From positions 48,760 to 68,759 of the forward strand of contig JAXLNO010000687.1 in assembly GCA_038087875.1 (NCBI GenBank): a stretch of 20,000 bases of DNA, given 5' to 3'. Below the pieces are notes generated by a model. The model saw nothing but the letters and a program-made list of their open reading frames with translations, was not told where the DNA came from and did no database searches. The position numbers were made by a program, and so were the translations under genes. Source of the stretch: Malacoraja senta. Taxonomy: Eukaryota. Positions 1 through 9,277 of this stretch are shown piece after piece (positions within the stretch are counted from its first letter, which is position 1; every line of letters begins with the position of its first letter).

Positions 1-113
1 GCAGCATCTTTGGAGCGAAGGAAATAGGCAACGTTTCGGGACGAAACGTTGCCTATTTCCTTCGCCCCATAGATGCTGCTGCACCCGCTGAGTTTCTCCA
101 GCACTTTTGTCTA
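1..113. mobile_element. Penelope-like short repeat (variant subfamily) folded into a palindrome, truncated by the window start
   Basis: 1-38 and 42-79 are near-perfect inverted arms centred on tttcg-gga-cgaaa; the GAAACGTT-GCCTATTTCC and agatgctgc...gctgagtttctccagca motifs resemble the other copies. Confidence 0.65.
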
Positions 114-364
114 ACTTCAATTTGTACAATGTCTCAGCTCCATGTTGGCTGATCAGTAACGATTCTTAACTCTGGAGATGTGTAGAAATTGCTATACAGT
201 AAACCCTCGCAGTAAACGGACCACACATGGGGAATGGTGCGTGTTATTGCCGGATGTCCGCAATAACCGGAATAATGAGGTTAATATGTACAGGACTATT
301 CGAAAAACGGCCAATAAACACACACTACACAATAAACAGTAAAGCACAAAATCCACAATACCAT

Positions 365-892
365 GGGACAGCACAGTGGTGCAGCAATAGAGTTGCGAGC
401 TTACAGCGCCAGAAACCCGAGTTTGATCCTGACCTCGGGTGCGTACGGTATGGAATTTGCACGTTCTCCCTGTGACCGCGTGCCTTTTTTCCTGGGTGCT
501 CCGGTTTCCTCCCACATTTCATAGACGTGCAGGTGTGAATTTAATTGACTTCTGTGAATTGTGTTAATTCTGTGAATCACTGGTAGAGCCACTGCCTCAC
601 AGACGTGGATTCGATCCTGAGTTCGGCTGCTCCCTGGACCATGTGGGTTTCCTCCAGGTGCTCTGGTACACTAGTTCTATCATACACACTATTGACTGTT
701 CACAGTGTGTATCATAGAACTACTGCGGTGGTTCTATCTGTCCTCTCATATTGCATTTGCAACTGGGGAGGAAAGGTAGAAGCTCACAGTAGTTCTATCC
801 TACACACACTGAATTGTCCGTAATGTGTAGGATAGAATTAGTGTACGAGTGATCGTTGCTCGGTGTTTCCACATTGTATTTCTAAACTAAGC
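365..892 (+). mobile_element. Two rearranged HE1/V-SINE-like tRNA SINE copies
   Basis: A-box-like gtggtgcagcaatag and B-box-like gagtttgatcc; core ctccggtttcctcccaca; second head at about 580-615; ctaaactaa tail at about 882-890. Confidence 0.75.
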
Positions 893-1041
893 TGAAATGG
901 TTCAAAAACACTATTCAAATGTGTAATTCAGCAAAGTATTCAAAATGCTTTTTATTGGTACAGTAGTAAGGACAGTAGAAGAAGCAGAGCAACATCAATG
1001 TACAGCATCTGTATCTCTAAAACTAAACTAAAATAAGATTT

Positions 1042-1263
1042 GAAGATAGACAAAAAAAGCTGGAGTAACTCAGCATTTCTGGAGAAAAGGAGTAGGTGAC
1101 GTTTCAGGTCAAGATCCTTCTTCAAACATGGAGGCTCAAGGAGCCTCGACTCAAAACGTCTCCTATTCCTTCTCTCCAGAGATGCTGTCTGACCTGCTGA
1201 GTTACTCCAAATGTTTGTGTCTATCTTCAGTCTAAACTAGCATCTGCAGTTCCTTCCTACACA
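1042..1263. mobile_element. Penelope-like short repeat, inverted pair
   Basis: gaagatagac...ctggagtaactcag...gtgacgtttc followed by its reverse-complement form aaacgtc...gagttactcca...gtctatcttc. Confidence 0.75.
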
Positions 1264-1479
1264 TATAAAGTAAGATTTGCTCCATCCACCTAGTGGTCAT
1301 TCTGTGAAACAACAAGTAACAACAACAGATTTGGTCTGCTATAACCAAAATCTGTTATAAAGAGGTCCGTTAAAATGAGGGTTTACTGTATTTATTTATT
1401 AATGTTGCATAAAATAGAAGCATGGACTTTAAGAACAAAGGTGCAGGTCATACAATAAATTTGTCTTGTTTGTTTGCAG

Positions 1480-1863
1480 GAGCTTGTCCGCCTGTTACAG
1501 CAGTCATTGAAATGTTCCCAACAGGAAAAGTACTCGCTGAATACTGCTTGTGGATCTGTGGATCACAGCACGGCGCAGCGTCTGAATCAGAAAGACCAAC
1601 AAATACAGGCCCTGAACAAGCAGCTGGACCACGTTAACCAGCAGAAAGATCACATGGAGCAAGAAGTGAAAGCATTTCAAGATAAACTTACTGGAACGAG
1701 GGACCAGCTTAACATGTTCAGAGAAACCATCCAAGCCAAAGATGAAGTGATTGTGAAGTTATCGCGGCAGCTCAATGAATGCGAAAACAATCTCTCGCCC
1801 CAAGGAGTGTCGCCATGTGGACCCTCAGTGAACAAGGAACTGCAGGAGTTGAACAGGCTGAAG
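1480..1863 (+). CDS. TBC1D2B: TBC1 domain family member 2B, internal coding exon (coiled-coil region, ELVRLLQQ...ETIQAKDEVIVKLS...ELNRLK)
   Basis: Polypyrimidine tract and tttgcag acceptor ending at 1479; AAG|gtattg donor at 1863/1864; 384 bp, phase 0/0. The peptide resembles vertebrate TBC1D2B (ELVRLLQQ, QKDxQI, ETIQAKDEVI) as recalled. Confidence 0.92.
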
Positions 1864-1934
1864 GTATTGATTTAATTCAGACTCTTGTACTTTAGTGAGC
1901 TATATCAGACTGGATGATGTATCATGCCCACAAT

Positions 1935-2063
1935 GAAGAAGGGTCTCAACGCGAAATGTCACCTATTCCTTCTCTCCAGAGATGCTGCCTGTCCCGCTGA
2001 GTTACTCCAGCATTATGTGTCTACCTTCGATTTAAACCAGCATCTGCAGTTCTTTCCTGCACA
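1935..2063 (+). mobile_element. Penelope-like short repeat with 15-bp TSD
   Basis: tatcatgcccacaat occurs at 1920-1934 and 2064-2078, flanking gaagaagggtctc...gagatgctgcc...gcatctgcagttc. Confidence 0.8.
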
Positions 2064-2171
2064 TATCATGCCCACAATCCATTCATCTCAAAACCTATTA
2101 CTTTCCCTGTATAAATCCCAAAATAATGTCCTACAGATCAGCATTGTTTACATGGAGCTGACAGCACAGTA

Positions 2172-2330
2172 ATAAGGTCATAAGGAATAGAAGTAGAATT
2201 AGGCCATTTGGCCCATCAAGTCTACTCCGCCATTCAATCATGGCTGATTTATCTCTCCCTCCTAACCCCATTCTCCTGCCTTCTCCCCATAACCTCTGAC
2301 ACCCGTACTAATCAAGAATCTATCTATCTT
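2172..2330 (-). mobile_element. CR1-type LINE 3' end fragment
   Basis: Antisense of the typical chondrichthyan CR1 3' end (aggccatttggcccatcaagtctactccgccattcaatcatggctgat...ctcctgccttctccccataacc). Confidence 0.65.
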
Positions 2331-2850
2331 GTCCAATACTCCATTTAGATCATTGCCAGGTCCACATGAAGATCATTGAACATGAAGTGACCTAAATCTG
2401 CATCCCTTCATAGTTACAGCTTGATTTACTGAACATTTTATATGTTGTTTTTGTACTTCACATTTCTAGCATTTGACGTTGTTTTTCTTTTATGCTTTTG
2501 CCATTGTTGATGCTCCAAGCAAACCTTTCCCCATCTAACTTCCATCCTTCTACTCCTACCCTCACATAACTTGTTACCTTTCTGCCTCAATCATTTCATG
2601 TGAGAGCCAGGTTTACCACCTCGCCACTCCCGAGGATTCCTGCAAATTTCTAATTGGGTTCATTTGTAGGAGCACAAATATAATTGCCGCCACATTTTAG
2701 GCCTAATTAGGGATGGGTGATAAATGCTGGCACTTGCTGTAACATTCATACCCTATAAATGAATAACAAAATACCTTCCTGCATTCATATCTCCTCGTCT
2801 TTGTTCCCTTTCCTAGTAGAAACATCTGTGTATCTACACAACAGAATATT

Positions 2851-2965
2851 CAGTCTAAAGAAGGGTCTCGACCCAAAACGTCACCTATTCCTTTTGTCCC
2901 GCTGTTACTCCAGCATTTTGTGTCTATCTTCGGTGTAAACTAGCATCTGCAGTTCCCTCCTACAC
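2851..2965 (+). mobile_element. Penelope-like short repeat, internally deleted
   Basis: cagtctaaagaagggtctcgacccaaaacgtcacctattcc...gcatctgcagttccctcctacac. Confidence 0.75.
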
Positions 2966-3296
2966 ATAACATTTTGCAATCTTCTGTTCTAAGAAAAATG
3001 GTTTCCAGCAATTCAGCGGTTTCTTCATAGATGACCTTTGCAGTTTGGTTGTAGTACTTACAAACTGCTTTTTTCCCTCTATCCTTCTGTAATATGTGGA
3101 AAATTGGCAGACAAACCAAAAGGAAAGATCCATAGGCATAGGTAAAGGTAAATATTAAGGGATCTTGTTAACAGATTATAAATTGGAGATCTGGTCCAAA
3201 AAGACTATTAGAATATAATTTTTATAGCTTGAAGGCAAAAATATGAAAGGGAATTTTGTTCCAGCTGTACAAAACCCATGATGGAGTTCTGGACAA

Positions 3297-3850
3297 CACA
3301 CAACTGCAGATGCTGGTTTCATTTCTTCAAAGTCATCTTGTTGAGCTTCATTGCCTGTAACTCTATTTCACCTAGACCACAAGTAACAATAGCCTGTCTC
3401 CTTTATCATCATTACGTTTTTGCATATCTTTCATTCATTTGTTCTATATCTCTCAATATCACTGTCTTTATCTCTCGTGTAGGAAGGAACTGCGGATGCT
3501 GGTTTAAACCGAAGATAGACACAAAATGCTGGAGTAACTCAGCGGGACAGGCAGCATTTCTGGGGAGAAGGAATGGTTGGCGTTTCGGGACGAGACCCTT
3601 CTTCAGACTGAATATTCAGACCAAAGAGGGGTCTCGACCCGAAATGTCACCCATTCCTTCTCTCCAGAGATGCTGCCTGTCCCGTTGAGTAACTCCAGCA
3701 CTTTGTGTCTATGTTCTATATCTCTCTTTTCCTTTTTCCCTTTTCCCTGACTCTGTCTGCAGAAGGTTCTTAAACCGAAACGTCACCTATTCCTTTTCTC
3801 CAGAGATGCTGTCTGACCCGCTGAGTTACTTAAGCTTTTTGTGTCTATCT
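3297..3850. mobile_element. Cluster of Penelope-like repeats: a longer + strand copy interrupted by a palindromic pair (about 3477-3711)
   Basis: Inverted arms meet at ctgaatattcag (3608-3619); another copy lies at about 3755-3850. ORF 3278-3688 is a by-product of the repeats. Confidence 0.75.
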
Positions 3851-3888
3851 ACACTTTTGATGTGTTGGCTTAGAAACCCAACACGCGC

Positions 3889-4512
3889 ATAATAATAGTC
3901 TATTTGTAGTTCAAAGCTATTTGAGGTTGTAGTGTTCAATAGCCTGATGGCTCTAGGGAAGAAGCTGTTCCTGAACCTGGACGTTACAGTTTAAGCCCCT
4001 GCACCTTCTTCCCGATAGCAGTGGTGAAATGAATGTGTGGCCAGGATGGTGTGGGTCTCTGATGATGTTGGCTGCCTTTTTGAGGCAGCGACTCCGATAA
4101 ATCCCTTCGATGGTGGGGAGGTCAGAGCCGGTGATGGACTGGGCTGTGTTCACAACTTTTTGCATTCTTTTCCGCTCCTGGATGTACAAGTTGCCGAACT
4201 AGGCCATGATGCAACCAGTCAATATGCTCTCTACTGTACACCTGTAGAAGTTCAAGAGAATCAACTTTAACATACCGAATCTCCTGAATCTTCTCGGGAA
4301 GTAGAGGAGTTGATGTGCTTTATTTATAATTGCATCAGTGTGCTGGGTCCAGGAAAGATTTTCAGAAATATGCACGCCCAGGAATTTGAAGTTTTTGACT
4401 CTCTCCCCCATCGATATAAACAGGATTTACCAAATGGTGCCAGCACAACCTAGCTCTCAATATCAGCAAAACCAATGAATTGATTGTGGACTTTGGAAGA
4501 GGAAATAGAGAA
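3889..4512 (-). mobile_element. Degenerate Rex1/Babar-like non-LTR retrotransposon, RT C-terminal part, with inverted 5' segment
   Basis: Minus-strand peptides VKNFKFLGVHISENLSWTQH...FYRCTVESILTGCI and KAANIIRDPHHPGHTFISPLLSGRR. Plus-strand WCQHNLALNISKTNELIVDFGR at 4435-4500. The reading frame is frameshifted. Confidence 0.8.
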
Positions 4513-4580
4513 TACTGTACATAGATTTTGTTGGTAATCTTGAGTAACAAATATTTTCAAATGATTTCTGTGAGTTCTTA

Positions 4581-4994
4581 AAGGGCCTGTCCCACGGGCA
4601 TGCGACTCCATGCGGCAAGCGCGACCGAACCGCAAGCGGGGGCCGCGCGGAGGTCGAGTGATCCCCGTACAGGGCCGGTCCCACCAGCATGCGGCTGCAT
4701 GCGGCAAGCGCTACCAAATCGGAAGCGGGGGCCGCGCGGAGGTCAAGTGACGTCAAGACGGTGCATACGGCGGCACGGCCTCGATGCGGCTGCGGGGCGG
4801 CAGGCCGTTGCCGCACGGAATTTTTGAACAGTGTCAGTTTTTCGGAGCCCCGCACGATGTCGGGACCTGCTCCGCACAACTCCATACGGCTCCGGCGATC
4901 GAAGTGGGACCGGCCCCGTGACCTCCACGCGGCCCCCGCTTGCGGTTAGGTTACGCTTGCCGCATGGAGTCGCATGCCCGTGGGACAGGCCCTT
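4581..4994. mobile_element. GC/CpG-rich MITE (non-autonomous DNA transposon)
   Basis: A 41-bp perfect TIR, AAGGGCCTGTCCCACGGGCATGCGACTCCATGCGGCAAGCG, extends imperfectly to about 75 bp; TA on both sides; internal about 53-bp direct repeat at 4609-4661 and 4698-4750. Confidence 0.9.
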
Positions 4995-5279
4995 TAGTAT
5001 TTCAAAAATATATAAATGGGAGAAGATTAGAAGTTTGATTTTCTACTGGAGTCAAGAGCAGGAAAACAACATCAGTAACTGTCTTAAAGATTTTAGAAAT
5101 CGTTTTACAGCAAATGTTAGTTGACTTAATTCTCACAAAAGAGCATTTTGGTTCAATTAATAAATTAAAATTGGAGATTGGAAATCATTCTAGCCTAGGA
5201 TATTAAAGATATGGAGCTAGTGCAGATGGTGGGTTAGGATGCTGATAGCCATGTGGTCCTTAAATTGTACAGGATCAAC

Positions 5280-5377
5280 TGTCTGAAGAAGGGTCTTGAC
5301 CCAAAACGTCACCCATTCCTTCTCTCCAGAGATGCTGCCTGTCCTGCTGAGTTACTCCAACATTTTGTGTCTATCTT
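5280..5377 (+). mobile_element. Penelope-like short repeat with 10-bp TSD
   Basis: caggatcaac at 5270-5279 and 5378-5387; contains ctgaagaagggtcttgacccaaaacgtc. Confidence 0.8.
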
Positions 5378-5505
5378 CAGGATCAACATAAAGTTTCTGC
5401 TTTTGAATTCTGTTTATCTCAAAGAGAGCCCTATTATTTAGGACGTTTTATGGTTTTATCTATATTGCTTTTATAATTGCAAATGGGTACTTCTCCACCC
5501 TTTTG

Positions 5506-6549
5506 TAGCAATGTTACAAAATTTTGAGATTTTAAAAATAAAGTCTGCAATTTATCCCATCAGATAAAGCATAAAAAGAAGTTTAATTTGACACCTAATT
5601 CACTTTCATATCTTCAGTATTAAAAAAGTTATGGCCATTTTCATACTCGGAAATTAGCATCTTGTTCCCTATTGCTTTTCCATTGACTTAACACAAAAGC
5701 TGTGATCGAGGACAGTCAAAAGCCCATAACTTTCTTAAAAATTAAGAGAACTGAAAGAAATTTTCAGTTATTATAGATTGAAGCATTCTGAAACAAATAT
5801 GAAACAATCTTACTTAGAAGACATGAAATTAAAGCATATAATTAGTTAGTTACCTAATTGTAGCTAATTACAAAATTCAATTACTAGATCTAAACATCTA
5901 TCAATTTCTTAAGAATAGATTAACATTTTTAAATAGCCTAAGTGTCCAAATAACATTCACACAAGAATTCACAATATAACATAATTTTTAAATCTCATTG
6001 TCATGAATTTACAGGCCAAATGGAAGGAATTGAATGTTTAATACCTGTAAATTAATGGGCATTTAAATCATCGTGTGAGTGAGGATTTCTGGAACGCGAT
6101 CTTTTGGAACGTTCATTTGCGGTGAATTTAACCCCGTATCGGCATGAAAAATACTGCCGTTAGTTCGGGGAATAAAATCACCGTTTCGCATGAAAAAATG
6201 TGAATTAAAGGATTCTTAAGAAGCACTTTTATACATTTAAATAAACCACTTTCGTTTACCTGTCCCGTGTGTGAAATCCGTCCCCGTTATCGGCGTTGAC
6301 GGCTTCAGGAGCTGCTTTTAAAATGACTCCAGGGCTGACATTGCCGATTTAATAAAAATAAAAAATTCACAAAACGCCCCTAGGAACGATTTTTCAGCAA
6401 ACGCTTGTACTCCAACGAAATATAATTCAGGACAAGGTAGGAGAAACCCGCGTTTTAAGCCCGCCCCCCCCCTTAAAGGCGCCAAAATCGCGCACACGGC
6501 CAGTGGCAGAATTACAGCGCCATTGAAGGTAAGTTTTGTAACATACCTA
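5506..6549. mobile_element. About 1.04-kb non-autonomous DNA transposon with TAG...CTA termini
   Basis: Imperfect TIR TAGcaATGTTACAAAA / TTTTGTAACATacCTA; direct repeat ccttttg at 5499-5505 and 6550-6556; no ORF of 60 aa or more inside. Confidence 0.8.
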
Positions 6550-6585
6550 CCTTTTGCATTCTATTTTGCAATGATTTTTTTATTC

Positions 6586-6762
6586 CTTGTGGCAAACTTT
6601 ACTGGCTTTATCTTGCACTAAATATTATTCACGATATTCCCTTTATCATGTATCTGTACACTGTCGATGGCACAATTATAATCATGTATTGTCTTTCCGC
6701 TGACTGGTTAGCATGCAACAAAAGCTTCTCACTGTACCTCGGTACACGTGACAGTAAACTAA
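6586..6762 (+). mobile_element. LINE 3'-UTR fragment (Rex1/L2-type tail)
   Basis: Ends in caacaaaagcttctcactgtacctcggtacacgtgacagtaaacta, a recalled fish LINE 3' terminus pattern. Confidence 0.5.
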
Positions 6763-6943
6763 TGACTCTACTAGCTCACATAGCCGTATTACAATTTATT
6801 TGGCATTTATATCCCAATTTTGCACTTGTTCTGATGTCTCAGAATCAATAAGCATACCTTCACCCCTCCCCTTTACAGAAACAGGTAATCAATATGGTTA
6901 TGGGGTTAAGAAGGAAAGCAGTCAAGACCAAGATTAGATTAGC

Positions 6944-7078
6944 CAGTCTGAGGAAGTGTCTCGACCCGGAACGTCACCCATTCCTTCTCTCCAGAGATGC
7001 TGCCTGTCCCACTGAGTTACTCCAGGTTGTGTGCCAATCTTCGGTTTAACCAGCATCTGCAGTTCCTTCTTACACATC
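6944..7078 (+). mobile_element. Penelope-like short repeat with 8-bp TSD
   Basis: agattagc at 6936-6943 and 7079-7086. Confidence 0.75.
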
Positions 7079-7665
7079 AGATTAGCACTGATTGGTAGAG
7101 GCTGTGAAACCTCAAACAGGCCCCTATGGAATACCAATTGCTCCATCACCCACCTTACTTGTGGGGAAACTCCTCTTTTGCAGCCTGCTTACTAACCATT
7201 CTGCTGTTTGCCCTAACCTTAGTCACCTTCTGCTTGGCAGGCTAATGGGTTATTCATGCACTAGTTGAAATTCAGAGTGATAGTAAATATGGGGCAGTAT
7301 GCATTCGTGCACGATAGTGATCCATTTTGAAACCGGTAATCCCAGAAATGTCCGGTTATGCTTGGCATATATCCTGTTCATAGAGTATTCCGTCAGACTG
7401 ATGTCCTGTGAACTATTCTGATCCCTATTGGCAAGGACTGCTAGTGGACAAATCCTACATTTGTTCAGGTTTTTGAAACTTCAGAAACAAAAAGTGCAAA
7501 TGTTGTGCTTTTCCATTTATGAAATGAATCAATTTTGCGATGTAAAGTGACATGGTACAAGTGTCAGATTTGTTCAGTAGATATTCTCATCTAGGCCATG
7601 TTAATCTCTCTACCTCAGTCTGTTTGAAATGGGATGCAGTAATATTGTAATATTTTTCTTTCCAG

Positions 7666-7776
7666 GATGCTCTTCAGGGTTACAAGACTCAGAACAAATA
7701 CCTGAACAAGGAAATCTTAGAACTATCTGTGCTTAAGAGAAATGCTGAGATGAGAGAAAATGCTCTGGAAGCAAAG
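7666..7776 (+). CDS. TBC1D2B: TBC1D2B internal coding exon (DALQGYKTQNKYLNKEILELSVLKRNAEMRENALEAK)
   Basis: Not in the ORF track. Acceptor tttttctttccag ends at 7665; donor AAG|gtattt; 111 bp, phase 0/0. Matches the TBC1D2B motif LQGYKTQNKxLNKEILELS. Confidence 0.93.
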
Positions 7777-7845
7777 GTATTTCAACTGCAGTAAATGTCC
7801 ACCTGTATTGATCACGCATATACTGTAAATTTCCATAGTTTGAAC

Positions 7846-8130
7846 TTTAGTTTAGAGATATAGCCCGCGAGGAAACAGGCCCTTCGGCCCACCGAGTCCG
7901 TGCCGACCAGTGATCGCTGCGCACTATCCTACACACAGTAGGGACAATTTACAATGATACCACAGCAATTAGCCTACAAACCTGTTCGTCTTTGGAGTGT
8001 GGAAGGAAACCAGAGCTCCTGGAGAAAACCCACGCAGGTCATGGGGAGAACAAACACACTCTGTACAGACAGCACTCACAGTTGGGATCGGTGCAGTAAG
8101 GCAGCAACTCTACTACTGCGCTACTGTGCT
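7846..8130 (-). mobile_element. HE1/V-SINE-like SINE
   Basis: tttagtttagagata tail, ggaaacaggcccttcggcccaccgagtcc, and a head near 8095-8130; same family as 16392-16700. Confidence 0.8.
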
Positions 8131-8761
8131 CTCTATATGTGTTAGGGGCAGTTTTCATTTGTTTTAAGATTTGGTGTGGACAATTGCCTTAATTTTGTAT
8201 GTTCCCTAAAAAAAATTTCAAGTTAGTAACTTAAAAAAAAAAAAAGCTGAATAATGATCAGAGTTGGATTCATCCAGATGCATTCAAACACCTTGTGTGC
8301 ACATCCAGTAATGAAATCCTCTCCTGAAGATGAGCCATCCTCCTCTCCCTGCAGCTTCCTCAGCATCACACTTCATGATGCACTGTGCTGCCTGCCCATC
8401 AATGGCCCTATTTTGATTAAATTGAAATCTTAATTTTCCTTTCTTGCATTTAGCACAGCAACCACTGATCTGTGGTAATTTATCCTTGCCCTTAAATCTT
8501 CAGCCAGTTGAAAATGCAGTCAAGATGCTTGGCTGTTTATTATTATTTAACATTTTTCCTTTAGCATATTTCAATCTTGATATTTAGAGAAACTGATCCT
8601 TTGTCACTCAGATGTATTTATAAAAATAAAATTTGAGGACCATAGAAATAAACCTACACTTTCTGAAACATTTAATTTTACTTTGTGGCAAATAAGTTAA
8701 TGAAACTGAACAATAACATTTCTTGTTCATAGTATCGATGAGTTAAGGGGCTGGTGATTGT

Positions 8762-9277
8762 AGATAGACACAAAATGCTGGGGCAACTCAACGAGTCAGG
8801 CAGCATCTCTGGAGAAAAGGAATAGATGACGTTTCAGGTCATCTTCAAACTGCAAGTCAGGGGAGATGGAAACTAGAAGTAATAATGATAATGGATGGGA
8901 TTTATATAGCGCCTTTCTAATACTCAAGGCGCTTTACATTGCATTATTCATTCACTCCTCAGTCACACTCGGTGGTGGTGAGCTACTTCTGTAGCCACAG
9001 CTGCCCTGGGGCAGACTGACGGAGGCGTGGCTGCTAATCTGCGCCTACGGCCCCTCCGACCACCACCAATCACTCACACACATTCACACACCTTCACACG
9101 CAGGCAAAGGTGGGTGAAGTGTCTTGCCCAAGGACACAACGACAGTATGCATTCCAAGCGGGATTCGAACCGGCTACCTTCCGGTTGCCAGCCGAATACT
9201 TAGCCCATTGCGCCATCTGTCGTCCCTAATGTCGTCATAGAAGTATGAAAAGGTATAGAACAAATCAGAGCTGGTAG
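8762..9277 (-). mobile_element. Penelope-like repeat interrupted by the SINE at 8882-9237
   Basis: agatagacacaaaatgctgg...gacgtttcaggtc; the host sequence resumes after the duplicated tagaagta. Confidence 0.65.
8882..9237 (-). mobile_element. Full-length tRNA-derived CORE-type SINE with 8-bp TSD
   Basis: On the minus strand: A box TGGCGCAATGG, B box GGTTCGAATCC, CORE-like GTGTCCTTGGGCAAGACACTT, and L2-like tail GTAAAGCGCCTTGAG...(ATT)n. TSD tagaagta at 8874-8881 and 9238-9245. Confidence 0.88.

Larger units (their letters stand above)
197..1388. mobile_element. Old non-autonomous Tc1/mariner (pogo/Tigger-like) element carrying nested SINEs and a Penelope-like repeat
   Basis: TA|CAGTAAACCCTCgcagtaAACGGACC at 195-222 and GGTCCGTTaaaatGAGGGTTTACTG|TA at 1364-1390; TA TSD and CAGT termini. 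Confidence 0.8.

Noticed and set aside
3278..3688. 136-aa ORF and similar short ORFs containing IDTKCWSNSA or LLSRDAACPAELLQH
   Set aside because: These are translations of the non-coding Penelope-like repeat and recur wherever the repeat occurs.
4450..5124. Six overlapping GC-rich ORFs
   Set aside because: Artefact of a stop-poor, palindromic GC-rich MITE; no recognisable domain.
9155..9227. tRNA gene on the minus strand
   Set aside because: A and B boxes are present, but they form the head of a SINE with body, tail and TSD.
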